Source: Macrostomum hystrix
Lineage: Eukaryota; Animalia; Platyhelminthes
Direction of reading: 5' to 3'
DNA length: 64,000 bases
Assembly: GCA_950097015.1 (NCBI GenBank)
Contig: CATNEN010000001.1
Coordinates: 24,428,001-24,492,000 of the forward strand
Shown here: one piece after another, positions 47,533 to 60,236 of the stretch
How the letters are laid out: every line of letters starts with the position of its first letter
Numbering within the stretch: position 1 is the stretch's first letter
Notes under the pieces: generated by a model
The model's database searches: none
What the model was told of the DNA's origin: nothing
The model's input: the letters and a program-made list of their open reading frames with translations, nothing else
Program-made: the position numbers and the translations under genes

Positions 47533-48785
47533 TCATTCCGTTTGTCTAGTATCTAGTCTAAGCGTAATGTTGGGTGCAGAGCTCGCCCCATATAAAGATG
47601 ACTGAGCAAGTCTATTTGCGTCATTTACAAATGGAGTATTGAAAGGATTAAAATTTGTTGAACTTTCACTTTCGTGAAAGTGTTGCCGATATTTCGCGGT
47701 TACAGAAGTCAGTGCCGTATCTCCTTCACTCTCCAAGTCACTTGTGGTGATATTATGGTAGTCATCGACTTGTAGCCCTTCTTCCATCACTTGAGCCTGT
47801 TGTTGATGCAGATGAGAGGCACTTATTGGTGTATCATGATCAGGTGATACATCAATGGAAACTGAATTACAAAATGTCAGTTCTGTATTTTCGAGTTCCT
47901 TTAAAATGGCTACACATTTTTCTCTGGATAAGTGATGGGGGTCCTTCAATTCTGGAATGAATTTGCAACTTCTTCCGACAAGGCTCCATGGAATCTTGCC
48001 GTCGAAACCTGTCGCTGTTTTATGTGCAATTTTAGCCCTTAAAAAAATTTCTTGTCGCATTTTTTTCACATCGCTATAAACAGAAGCTAGGTTTCGTGGC
48101 TGACTAGTTTCAGCAAGCTGAACATCACTGCGCTCATTTGCCATATTTTGTTGTTCTGCTTTTTTCGCGTCATCCATTAGTTCTGCTATTTTATTTATAT
48201 GGGGCTCCATAGCGCTTCTAACATTAGGCGATATGTCATTGGACGTGGTAAAATCGGTTCCACGTCGGGTTAATATAATAAGTACGTATGTCTCACCTGT
48301 ACGTTTTAAATCATTTACCACTTTTCTTATTTTCTTCTGCTGATTTTTAGCTTCTTCTTGAAGACGTCGCTTTTCTTCGATTGGCAGACTCATATACTCG
48401 CGACGCAGTTCGGCGGTCCACACTAGAATTAAAGGAAGATTTGAATTTTTAAATTTTACCAAAACATAGTGACTAATTATTATATTTATTTATTTCTAGC
48501 TTTTATGTAAATTAATAGATGCACCCCACAGAGAATATAACATATGATGTAGCCTAGAAAATACAACAATATTCAAGACTTTTAGAAAAAAACAATGTTA
48601 TGCTGCATAAATGGACTAAAATGTTTTGTATTAAAAATAATGCTGCCTACTCATACATTACTATTTCTTGAGTTCTAGTCTTACTATATATCCCTGTAGT
48701 ATATTTTTAAGTAATACTGACCATAAGAAAACTTACCTGCCTTTCCTTTGTTTTGCAAAAACACATTGGCACCAGTTAGAACCAT
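47533..48785 (-). CDS. Two-exon element-borne gene (~312 aa) with a degenerate HMG-box-like N-terminus
   Basis: Exon 48785-48737 (MVLTGANVFLQNKGKA, g|GTAAGT) joins exon 48422-47533 in phase 1 to give MVLTGANVFLQNKGKAVWTAELRREYMSLPIEEKRRLQEEAK. The HMG-like assignment rests on pattern only. Confidence 0.6.
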
Positions 48786-49192
48786 CTGTGTGTAAGAAAA
48801 AAATTAGAATTACAAAATAAAACCATTTTATTGCACTATTTCTTATGCACTTTAATTTAAGACTCAAACTGAAATACGAAGCTTTAGTGCCTACTTTATG
48901 CTTTAAAATTTGAGTTAATTTAAATTTAAATTTCCTTTGTTTCTTTTTTTGGTTTGATAATCTCAATTTCTTATAATATTGGCACCAGTTAGAACCATCT
49001 GTGTGTAAGAAAAAAATTAGAATTACAAAATAAAACCATTTTATTGCACTATTTCTTATGCACTTTAATTTAAGACTCAAACTGAAATACGAAGCTTTAG
49101 TGCCTACTTTATGCTTTAAAATTTGAGTTAATTTAAATTTAAATTTCCTTTGTTTCTTTTTTTGGTTTGATAATCTCAATTTCTTATAATAT
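48767..49192. repeat. ~212-bp tandem duplication covering the acceptor/start of the HMG-like gene
   Basis: Visible as the duplicated peptide in ORF 48733-49179. Confidence 0.85.
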
Positions 49193-49687
49193 AATCAGTA
49201 CTGACCATAATAATCTTATTTCATCTTGTAACTCTTGTATTATGTATGCCTGTACCATAATAATATAAAAATATTATAGGGGTAGGGCCTAGTGAGAATA
49301 TTATGTCACAAAAGGGTTGCTGTTCTATAAAAAGGTGTACAAGCGCATGGCATAAATTTACTTTTGTTTGCAAAATTATTTTTATGAATAAATTTAAAAT
49401 TGCGCTAAATGAAACAAAAAGTGCAGTGCAGAAACAATTCAGTTTATAGTATTCGTAACAATTCAGTTCAATTCAGTTCAGTTCAGGTTAGTTTAGTTTA
49501 CTTGGCTGTTATATAGCCACAGGGTAGTAGTGACAAATCCAGTAAAAAATGCTACAGAATGCTTGGAAGTTGGAAGCTTGGAAATATTGCCTGATTGAAG
49601 TCACTAATAAAGGTTAGAAATGTAGCTGCGATTCTTTCTGCTCTTTGGATGCTGCCGAGCTGGTTATGGCCAAAGATAATTATGAAA

Positions 49688-50169
49688 GGCAGTGCTTATC
49701 CCCACGGTACCGTAGAAATAATTTTTGTCTTATTCCTACGGTACAGTGGGAATAATTTCCTGCTTATCTGCACGGCACACTGATGAGATAGCTGTCCTAT
49801 CTTCAACATAGCTCCAGAGATGCGTAAAGAAATAGACTGGATTATAGGCTTAGAAGGCTTGAGCTATAAGATTATAAAAATACACACTTCAGTTGTATTC
49901 TTTTAAATATATAAATAATAGCAATATATATTTTTTATACTTAAAAAGCCACCGTATTGGTTAACTAATTGCAAAAAAGCAGAAAACTTTTATTTGTTTA
50001 CTTGCTTTTAAAAACCGGAAGAAAAAAAATTGCAGTCACGATAAAAAGATAGATGATTAGGACAGCTATCTTATCAGTGTGCCGTGCGGATAAGCAGGAA
50101 ATTATTCCCACGGTACCGTAGGAAAAAGACAAAAATTATTTCTACAGTACCATGGGGATAAGCACTGCC
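49688..50169. mobile_element. 482-bp MITE with ~110-bp TIRs and a 9-bp TSD (Mutator-like by TSD length)
   Basis: GGCAGTGCTTATCCCC...AGCTGTCCTA is inverted at 50058-50169. ATTATGAAA lies at 49679-49687 and 50170-50178. Confidence 0.88.
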
Positions 50170-52299
50170 ATTATGAAAAATTCCACACCACATTATTTAT
50201 GCCAGGTATATTAATTATTATTGTTGCAAGGCAGGTAGTAACGTTGTACAATTTTGGGAGGAGCAAAAAATTGTTTTGACATGCACTCTACCACTTTTCT
50301 GACTATGGCATGGTAGGGGGTTAAAGCTATAACAAATCTGATTAAAAATGAAATCAGCACATCAAAAAGCCTTAGTAGCCACAGATTTATCATCCTATCA
50401 AAACAAGAACTATTTTATATAGACCTAAAGTTCAAGAGACCCTCGCCTCCCCGCTGGGTCCATGGACCACCCTGCAGCTAAGTCTAGTAAGTCAAAGTTC
50501 AAGAAGCCCAAAAAGCAAGCAAAGTTAAAATGTATTAAAAACTTGAAGTCTATACTTTATAGCAATTATCATTTTGGTTTAAAAAATTTAGCTAGTCAGC
50601 CAGACCACTGACTGATAATTTGGATATAAGTTGCATTAGTAACACTCTTAGTAGTTTAGTCTTAGGTTTTAACTAACATCTATTATTAACTTTACATGTA
50701 ACATTTTCATTGTGTCAGTTAATAAATGTTGAAAATCAAAACAATTGGATTGGGATTTCGATTTGCTGGCATAAGTAGTACTAGTAACTAAATTTAAAAC
50801 GAAAAAACATTTGTTATAACCTTTGTTATAAAAAAATTAATAGAAAATTTCAATACTTAAATTGACAAAGTAACTTTAAAAAATACCTTCTCTAGACACA
50901 GTAAAGTACAATCTGTTATGGATGTAATGATATCCTAAGTGTAAAATACCAACTAAACTAGTTTGGTGGCGCAGCGCATTAGGGCGCGTTTTTTATTTAA
51001 ACAATTCTAAACTATTGAATAAAAACTTAAATAAAAAATTATACTACAACGTAACTAAGAAAATCTTTTTTTGAGAAGTACTAATACACTTTTTTTAATG
51101 CGCATACTTAGTTCTGTATAATTATTTGTTATACCATACGCACGTAAAGTTATGAAATTGACGTAAAATCCGGACTATTCAGACTCGTTTTTGACATGTA
51201 AAAAGAGTATTTATAAAAATACAATTCTTTCTTTCCATGTAACACTAAAAAAGTGACGAATTCTATAGACAAATGAATACAATTATATTGAGAATGATTG
51301 CAGAAGGACTGCGGGCAATGGCACATCATTTAGTGACACTAGACCCACAGCGAGCTATTTTTTGCTAATACCTTATTCGGATCATTGTCATAAATAATTA
51401 CGAGTACATAATCAGTCTTACTTGTTTCTGTTTCGTTTCTTTTAAGGCACTGTAGAGTTATACCGCTATACTTTCTGGAATTTTAGAACTGATTCTGGTT
51501 CTGGAATTCTGGGTAGAATGAATGACTGATTCTGATTTCTGGGTAGAATGAAAAGCCTATTTTACGGGTTGGAGAGCTGGGTAAAACAGCTTTAATTTAA
51601 TTTTTTAATTAACTGCCCGCCGTCAAAAATAAAGCCAATATAATCTAGCAACCAAGTTATATAAATATGAGTAATTTAAAATTAAAATAAATATGATTTG
51701 ATTTTGTTTTTGTCTTATAACTAGTATAAATATGTCTTTCTATGCATGTATAACTCAACCTGTGTGGCGTGTTGATAGAGAGAGCGCTCTGTTTGAGTGT
51801 TACGAGGGGGGTTCGAATTTTTTCCGTATTATTTTTACTAATGAATTTTTTTGATCCGATATTTTATTGTGATGCTAAATATTTACTAATTATTTCGTTT
51901 TATAGCCATTTTATACAGTGGATGTGTTGTAATTTTAGTTCTGGCTTCTGATAAGCCATTAAGCCCTCGCTGTTAAGGTGGAAGTATCATTTGTTTGAGA
52001 CGGGGTGATCACTTCTTGGTTCTTACTTAGCACGATAGAAAAGCGTCATATATCTATTACACGTAAAATCCACTTAATCAGTAAGTCCCATCTAAACTCA
52101 TTCAGCTTTAGTTGTATTGTATTAATTAGTATGAACTGTGGTTTGCTTGCCTATATGTTTGGAAATAAATGATTATCAGTGCAAAGGAAAAATATTTAGA
52201 TAGCCAGTTACATACTTCATATTTCATACTTTCTACTTGCAGTAGACGAGTAGCATGATCCATGTAAAATTTATCGGAAGTCTACCCCCTACCCCCTAC

Positions 52300-52385
52300 C
52301 CCCCCGTGGGTCCACATGGATTCACCCGGCTAGCCGAGTATTTTTTGACTAGTGGAAGTGTCGGCTAGCCGGCGGCCGCGAGCTG
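52300..52385 (-). repeat. Right terminal inverted repeat
   Basis: Reverse complement of 30042-30127. Confidence 0.9.
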
Positions 52386-52936
52386 GTTTATTCCAAGTTA
52401 TAAAGTGGAGAAAAAGACGAGATTTTATAGTCTATGAATTCACCCTCCTCTGCTGGACGAGGGAGGGTTTGAATGTACATTAAAGTCCTGTCAAGGCCTT
52501 TCGCTTAGAACGCACAAACCCCCAACCCCCACAGACTGTACATTAGGGCTTGTAGAGAGAGGGGGATAGAGATTTTCACGAGTTATCTAAAATCTTGCGA
52601 CATGCCTGACCCTTGTAGGTTTTTAACCGTAACCCCTACTATAATATTTAAGCACAATCTGTAAAACACAAAAACGGTGGAGGAACTTGGGCAACTATCG
52701 CACAATACGGTCATAGGCAAGCTAACTAGACTCGACTTAATAAAGCGAAGAGAAAAGGAAGAATACTGCGTACAGGCACTGCAGTGTAAGAGAATGGGCA
52801 ACAGCTGTTACCCAGGAAAAGAATTAGTGAATGAAAGAGGGAGCTAGAAGGCGAGCTCAGATAAGATCTGAATTACGTTGATCCTGCCGACCCGAGGGCT
52901 ACCTGAACTTGCCACTAGAAGAAAAATCTGTCCAAT

Positions 52937-55900
52937 ATGAGCACCACCAGCGCTAGAAAGTCACTGGAGCCAGCTCTGCCATCTATTGAACTGCTAGCCT
53001 ACGCTTTGTGGTTCTCGACCGTTTTAGCCTACGGCGGCTATGCATTCAAGACTCAAGTTAGTGCGGATAGCTGTGAGTTGTGTTTCAAGCACATGCCATA
53101 CTGCATTACTGCAGGTTCAGCAAATCATAATATTTGAAATCAACATGTTTGTTTCATTTTCAGTGCTTAGCTTGGATCCGTCAAGTCTCAATGAAGGTCT
53201 CAACGGCTACATGAGGGTAAATTATAAATATTTATCAGTGGAACAGGGGTAGCTAATAATAATAGAGTTGAAAAACGGATATAAGATGAAAGAGCAATCC
53301 AGTAGGGGAGAATCGGGTTAAAGGAATTCTAGTTGAGGGAAATCAAGTAGGGGAAAATCGAGTAGGGGAGAATCTGGTTGGGGAAAATCGAGTAGGGGAG
53401 AATCTGGTTGGGGAAAATCGAGTAGGGGAGAATCTGGTTGGGAAAAATCGAGTAGAGGAGAATCTGGTAGGGAAAAATCGAGTAAGGGAAAATCGAGTAG
53501 GGGAGAATCTGGTTGGGAAAAATCGAGTAGAGGAGAATCTGGTAGGGAAAAATCGAGTAGGGGAAAATCGAGTAGGGGAGAATCTGGTTGGGGAAAATCG
53601 AGTAGGGTAGAATCTGATAGGGGAAAATCGAGTAGGGGAGAATCGAGTAGGGGAAAATAAAGTAGAGGAAAATCGAGTAGGGGAGAATGGGGTAGGGAAG
53701 TTTTGGGTAGAAGAGAATTAAGGGGAGAATTCAGTGGGGAATTAGCATGGGGAGAATTGTTTAGCAGTAGAGCCGGTTAGGGAGAATGGGATCGGAGATT
53801 TAAAATGTAGCCAGATATGAAAGAATCTCAACTCCACTACACCCTAGGACAACACTTACGCAGACTGGAACCTGTACCTCAACATGCTGCCTTCAATGCT
53901 CGTCCTGCTGTCGCTGCACCTGCTGATTAGCCGCGTCACGCTGCGCTACTGCCATCTGCAGGTGAGGCTTCAGAGAGATGCGTCCCACTCACTGCCAGCG
54001 GAGATTGGGAGAATAAGTGAGAGAAATAAGATGGGAGAGTTATGAGAATGTGAGATGGTAGGCATATTATTTTGTGACACTAGACCAGCAGCCAGCGAGG
54101 AGGCAATTCTGCCCAGTTTGTTGACTCCTGAGTGCACAATCACACAGGTGAGTACATCTGCCCTGACTTGCTCATTGTCAGGGAGTGTACACTTCACTGT
54201 GCCTTGGACGTGGGCCCTCAAAGGCGCAAATTGCACGACAAGCCGCCAAGCCTTCTCTCCGTGGCTGCGCCCCAAATAAATGTGGCCTCGCCGTGGAATC
54301 GAGCTCAGGGACCGTGGTGCGAGAGGCAAACGCGTTAACCGCTCTTAAAACTCTCGAGATTGGATAATTATCGAGACAGTGAGATGGGAGAATTCTTAAG
54401 AAAACGAGCTGAGACAAATCTATAGGATACTTCTGAGACAAAACTGGGGGAATTTAAAGACACCGAGATGGGAGAATTCTAGGAAAGCGAGATGGAAGAA
54501 TTCTAAGAAAGTGAGATGGGAGAATTCTAGGAAAGCGAAGTAGGAGAATTCTAAAAAAAATAAGATGGGAGAATTCTAGGAAAGCGAAATGGGGAATTGT
54601 AGTAAAGCGAAATGGGGGAATTCTAGGAAAGCGAAAGGGAATTCTAGTAAAGTGAAATGGGGGAATTCTAGGAAAGCGAAATGGGGGAATTCTAGAAAAG
54701 CGAAATGGGGGAATTCTAGGAAAGCGAAATGGCAAAATTCTAGGAAAGCGCAATAGGAAAACTCTGGTAAACAGTATAAATAAATGCGATGAGTAAATTA
54801 AAAATCTGTATGGAAACATTGCCTGTCTTTGACAGAAGAAGGATAGACTCGAAGCCAATTCCCCATCATTCCGTCTCCCAATCCTCCAGCTGCATCACCT
54901 GACCTGCGCCAGCGTCACTCTGCTGCTGAGCTGCCGGCTGCTGTCAGTCCGCTGCACGGCCATGCTGCTCGGCTTGCACCTCACCTGCCTAGCCTCAGCC
55001 TGTCTGGCCGGCCGCCTGGCGGTCTGGCCCGCTGTTGGCCTGGCCTTCTGGCAATTCAACGGTGTCGCGTTTGGCGATAATCGACAATTGAGAAACAGCC
55101 TGCAACTGGACTCAACTGGGACTCACCTGTACTATCCTATCACTGGCTACCTGTACTGCAGGTGATATTTACTGGGCGATGTGCAAGTTAGGGAATGTGC
55201 AAGTTGGGGTATGTGAAAGTCTGAGAATGTGCAAGTTGGGAATGTGCAAATTATGGAGCGTGAAAGTTGAAGAATGTGCAAGTTAGGGAATGTGCAAGTT
55301 GGGGAATGTGCAAGTTGGGGAATGTGCAAGTTGGGCAATGTGCAAGTTGGGCAATGTGCAAGTTGGGGAATGTGCAAGTTGGGGAATGTGCAAGTTGGGG
55401 AATGTGCAAGTTGGGCAATGTGCAAGTTGGGCAATGTGCAAGTTGGGGAATGTGCAAGTTGGGGAATGTGCAAGTTGAGGAATGTGCAAGTTGGGGAATG
55501 TGCAAGTTAGGGAATGTGCAAGTTGGGGAATGTGCAAGTTGGGGAATGTGCAAGTTGGGGAATGTGCAAGTTAGCGAATGTGCAAGTTGGTGGCAAAAAC
55601 ATCCAATATAGGCATAATTTTTCTGCTCACAAAATTCCATCATGTAACCAAGTTTTGATTGTTCAGTTGATTAAATAATAATATTATTCAACCAATATAG
55701 ATCATACGCCATAGATGGTTGTACATAGCAATGTTAGCTGTCATTGTTAGCAGGTCTGACGGCTTTGAAAGTGAGTTCGTTAGAACTGAATTAAAATTAT
55801 CGCGGTTTCACGCCAAGCAACAGTAGCATGTCGCAGGAGAGTTTCTAAGAAATCAGACCCCCCATCAACCCAGGTTCCTGTCCATGGGTTTGTGTCTGGC

Positions 55901-58680
55901 AGGCAGTCCCGCAGTGCAATCGGATCCGAACAGGTTGAGGCGGATAATTAGACACCTGCCTGAGTCGCTGCACTATGCATTCTATCTGCCCAACTTTCTT
56001 GGAGCCCCGGTGGTTACAATGGACGAGTTTGTCCGACAGCGGAGCAGAACAGTCGAGTCTCTGCCGATGCGACAGATTGTCTCGCGGCTGTGTCGACTGG
56101 CCCTGTGGCTGGCTGTCACTGTGGCAATTGTGCAGTGCTTTCACGCTGGCGCCTACCTTGAGACACTGCCTATTAGACTGGTGAGAGAAGAACTAGGGAG
56201 ATGGAGAATGAGACAAACAGAGAGAGATGAGAGAAACAGAGAGAAACAGAGAGAGATGGAGCAGAGAAATAGAGAGATGGATCAGAGAAGTAGAGAGATG
56301 GAACAGAGAAATAGAGAGATGGAACAGAGAAATAGAGAGATGGAACAGAGAAATAGAGAATGACAATCTTGGAGCTGTCCATCAGACAGGAAGCCCACCT
56401 GTGACCTGTCCCGCCGCAGGTGCGCTTTCGCCGCCCATTAAGCTTCGCCCAGCTGTCGTTCGCGCTGTACACCCGTGGCCAGCTGTTCCAGCTGGAGTAC
56501 ATGCAGTACTATGGCTGGCCGGCCCTACTAGCCAGCTTAGACGGCATTCAGCTGCCTCACTGGCCTGCCTGCATCTGCCGGGTGGCCTCCTACAGGGAGA
56601 TGTGGCGCCTGTTCGACCGCGGCCTGTTCGCCATAGTTCGCGACCATGTGTACATACCGCTGGGCGGTAGTCAGCGCGGCCTGGCGCGTCAGCTGCTGGC
56701 CACGGCTGCCTCCTTCGGCTTCATCTGCGTCTACCATGGCAACTATGACTCCGTGCAGGCCTGGATACTGCTCAACCTGCTGCTGGTGGCTGTGGAACTC
56801 GCAGCTGTGCGAGTGTACAGGGCTGGACTGCGAGACCAACTGGTGAGGCTTCAGATCCTCAGCTTGTGTCTGTTATCCCCTCAGATCCTCAGTTCGTGTC
56901 TGTTATCCCCTCAGATCCTCAGCTTGTCTGTTATCCCCTCAGATCCTCAGTTCGTGTCTGTTATCCCCTCAGATCCTCAGCTTGTGTCTGTTATCCCCTC
57001 AGATCCTCAGCTTGTCTGTTATCCCCTCAGATCCTCAGTTTGTGTCTGTTATCCCCTCAGATCCTCAGCTTGTGTCTGTTATCCCCTCAGATCCTCAGTT
57101 TGTGTCTGTTATCCCCTCAGATCCTCAGTTTGTGTCTGTTATCCCTCAGATCCTCAGTTTGTGTCTGTTATCCCCTCAGATCCTCAGCTTGTGTCTGTTA
57201 TCCCCTCAGATCCTCAGCTTGTGTCTGTTATCCCCTCAGATCCTCAGTTTGTGTCTGTTATCCCCTCAGATCCTCAGCTTGTGTCTGTTATCTCCTCAGA
57301 TCCTCAACTTGTCTGTTATCCCCTCAGATCCTCAGTTTGTGTCTGTTATCCCCTCAGATCCTCAGTTTGTGTCTGTTATCCCCTCAGATCCTCAGCTTGT
57401 GTCTGTTATCTCCTCAGATCCTCAGCTTGTGTCTGTTATCCCCTCAGATCCTTAGTTTGTGTCAGTTTTCCCTTCAGATCCTCAGCTTGTGTCTGTTATC
57501 CCCTCAGATCCTTAGTTTGTGTCAGTTTTCCCTTCAGATCCTCAGCTTGTGTCTGTTATCACCTCAGATCCTCATGTTGTCTGTTATCTTCCCAAATCCT
57601 CAAAAAACGGCACGCATTTCTGTGCTCACGCAGCTCCACTGGATGAGTCCAACGAATCTGCGCCGTCTAGTTGCGGGCCTGGCGGCAGCGAATCTGATCC
57701 CGCCGTCCATGGGGATATTTTTCTTCTTCTACGGAACTCAGGTCGGCTGGCTGGTGATGCGGGAGATGCTCTGGCTGCCGCTTACGGGTCAATGTGAGTC
57801 GGGCTCTGGGCCAGGGAGGCTCGAATTCTGGGTATAGGTGAGCAGCTAGGAGAATTTTGGGTCAGGTGGGATCGAGTGTTGAGTCAGGTGGGATCGAGTG
57901 TTGAGTCAGGTGGGATCGAGTGTTGAGTCAGGTGGGATCGAGTGTTGAGTCAGGTGGGATCGAGTGTTGAGTCAGGTGGGATCGAGTGTTGAGTCAGGTG
58001 GGATCGAGTGTTGAGTCAGGTGGGATCGAGTGTTGAGTCAGGTGGGATCGGGCCTTCGTCTAGTGTTTGAACTTTAGACAAAGTTTGATTGAAGTTTCAG
58101 ACGAAATTTAGATGAAGGGATTGGCGACCTTAATATTCCTAGCGGGCTAAATTTAGAATTCCAAAGACGAGAGCATTGACCGTGGAACAAGACATGAAAT
58201 AGAGAGGGAGATTAGACAGGAGTGAGATTAGACTGGGGAGATGAGACAGGAGTGAGGTGAGACAGGGGAGATGAGACAGGAGTGAGGTGAGACAGGAGTG
58301 AGGTGAGACAGGAATGAAGTGAGACAGGAATGAAGTGAGACAGGAATGAGGTGAGACAGGTGACATAAGACAGGGGTGATGAGATCGGGGAGAAATGTGA
58401 CATCAAGAGAAAACACAAGGGGAGATGAAATAGGAAATATAAGACAGTAGAGTAGGCACTAAAAGGGTCTATTACCTGGATCGCCCAATTGTCCAAAATG
58501 AAGTTATGATAACTCTAATTGGTATGAATATAATTATTAGTAATTAGTATTGATTAGAAAACTAACCATTCGATTTCAGCCCCTATCGCTGGCTTGCTGC
58601 TGCTCTACTCAGCATTCTACTGCTCAGTCCAGCTGGCGTTTGAGTACAAGCGAAGGCGCAACAACTCGGCAGAGGATTGA
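52937..58680 (+). CDS. HHAT: MBOAT O-acyltransferase, Hedgehog acyltransferase/GUP1 type; multi-exon (middle exon boundaries approximate)
   Basis: Exons at about 52937-53072, 53164-53217, 53848-53961, 54890-55161, ~55900-56180, 56420-56842, 57633-57790, 58580-58680. Motifs YYGWP..LASLDG..P..P.CI, MWRLFDRGL, HVYIPLGG and ICVYHG (catalytic His) are present. Confidence 0.8.
53300..53700. repeat. 15/20-bp intronic minisatellite (GGGGAAAATCGAGTA)
   Basis: Direct array. Confidence 0.85.
54090..54340 (-). mobile_element. tRNA-derived SINE family A, longest copy, intronic
   Basis: Homologous to the copies at 22209 and 44270. Confidence 0.65.
54460..54745. repeat. ~22-24-bp intronic minisatellite (GAATTCTAGGAAAGCGAAATGGGG)
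   Basis: Direct array. Confidence 0.85.
55178..55590. repeat. 16-bp intronic minisatellite (GGGAATGTGCAAGTTG)
   Basis: Direct array. Confidence 0.9.
56850..57590. repeat. 30-bp intronic minisatellite (TCAGATCCTCAGCTTGTGTCTGTTATCCCC)
   Basis: Direct array. Confidence 0.9.
57862..58050. repeat. 22-bp intronic minisatellite (TCAGGTGGGATCGAGTGTTGAG)
   Basis: Direct array. Confidence 0.9.
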
Positions 58681-59249
58681 GCACTTCCAAGTCCTTTATT
58701 GATTCCAATTTCGTAAGCTACTATTAGTACTCATAGTAGTAGTAGACTCTAACGATCAACAATATCACAGTAATTCAGGTTTCGCGACACACTTCCACTA
58801 GTCCGCATAAATTCACATTCAATGTTTATGCACTATGAAATATTACTTCTAAGAAAATGAGATTCTGTGCCAATCAGCATTTGAGTGCTATTGTGAAGGT
58901 TACAATTTACAAATCACCTTATTGATCTTAAATTATCCAACTTAATATAATCTATTGTCTTGAAATGCCTAAAAATCTAACAATTATATTGTTCTTAAAA
59001 GCAAAATACTTTCTTTCCATTTTTTCAATTTGAAGCAAAACTTAGGGAGATCAAAAAATGTTTTTGAACTGTTCGAAATGCTTCGCATATTGAAACAAAT
59101 CTTCAGGTGGCATATATTTGAAAGCAAATAAAAAAAGCTACTTGACAAATGGAAACTAGCAATATTAGTTTAAAAGCACAATTTTTTTAACTTGCAACTA
59201 TTCGGATGCTAAAAATAGATAATTTGAAATCTATTACACGATTGCAACT

Positions 59250-60165
59250 AATCTAAACCCGAATCCCAAGAATCTAAACCCGAATCCCAAGAATCTAAAC
59301 CCGAATCCCAAGAATCTAAACCCGAATCCCAAGAATCTAAACCCGAATCTCAAGAATCTAAACCCGAATCCCAAGAATCTAAACCCGAATCCCATGAATC
59401 TAAACACGAATCCGATTAATCTAAACCCGAATCTGGTGAATCTAAACCCGAATCCGATGAATCTAAACCCGAATCTGATGAATCTAAACCCGAATCCGAT
59501 GAATCTAAACCCGAATCTGATGAATCTAAACCCGAATCCCAAGAATCTAAACCCGAATCCCAAGAATCTAAACCCGAATCCCAAGAATCTAAACCCGAAT
59601 CCGATGAATCTAAACCCGAATCTGATGAATCTAAACCCGAATCCCAAGAATCTAAACCCGAATCCCAAGAATCTAAACCCGAATCCCAAGAATCTAAACC
59701 CGAATCCCAAGAATCTAAACCCGAATCCCAAGAATCTAAACCCGAATCCCAAGAATCTAAACCCGAATCCGATGAATCTAAACCCGAATCTGATGAATCT
59801 AAACCCGAATCCCAAGAATCTAAACCCGAATCCCAAGAATCTAAACCCGAATCCCAAGAATCTAAACCCGAATCCCAAGAATCTAAACCCGAATCCCAAG
59901 AATCTAAACCCAAATCCCAAGAATCTAAACCCAAATCCCAAGAATCTAAACCCAAATCCCAGGAATCTAAACCCAAATCCCAAGAATCTAAACCCAAATC
60001 CCAAGAATCTAAACCCAAATCCCAAGAATCTAAACCCAAATCCCAGGAATCTAAACCCAAATCCCAAGAATCTAAACCCAAATCCCAAGAATCTAAACCC
60101 AAATCCCAGGAATCTAAAACCGAGTCTCAAGAATTTAAAACCGAATCACAAGAATCCAAACCCAA
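59250..60165. repeat. 21-bp minisatellite (AATCTAAACCCGAATCCCAAG) just 3' of the GUF1 stop
   Basis: Direct array; it explains the spurious ORFs at 59234-60182. Confidence 0.92.
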
Positions 60166-60236
60166 ATGTCCAATGGCCATAAATTCATTCCGAATGTCAA
60201 ATCTGAACTCAAATCCGAAGACTCAAGACATCAGGT

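Larger units (their letters stand above)
30042..52385. mobile_element. 22.3-kb TIR DNA transposon-like unit with a 7-8 bp TSD, carrying a KDZ transposase, an HMG-like gene and captured host fragments
   Basis: 30042-30127 is the reverse complement of 52300-52385 with about 5 mismatches, and the ends are CA...TG. The direct repeat GTTTATT lies at 30035-30041 and 52386-52392 (8 bp GTTTATTC if the left end is shifted by one). Confidence 0.85.

Noticed and set aside
59234-60182. GFRFL/NLNP repeat ORFs, or a telomeric array
   Set aside because: A 21-bp minisatellite open by chance because its length is a multiple of 3. It is not a TTAGGG-type repeat and is interstitial.
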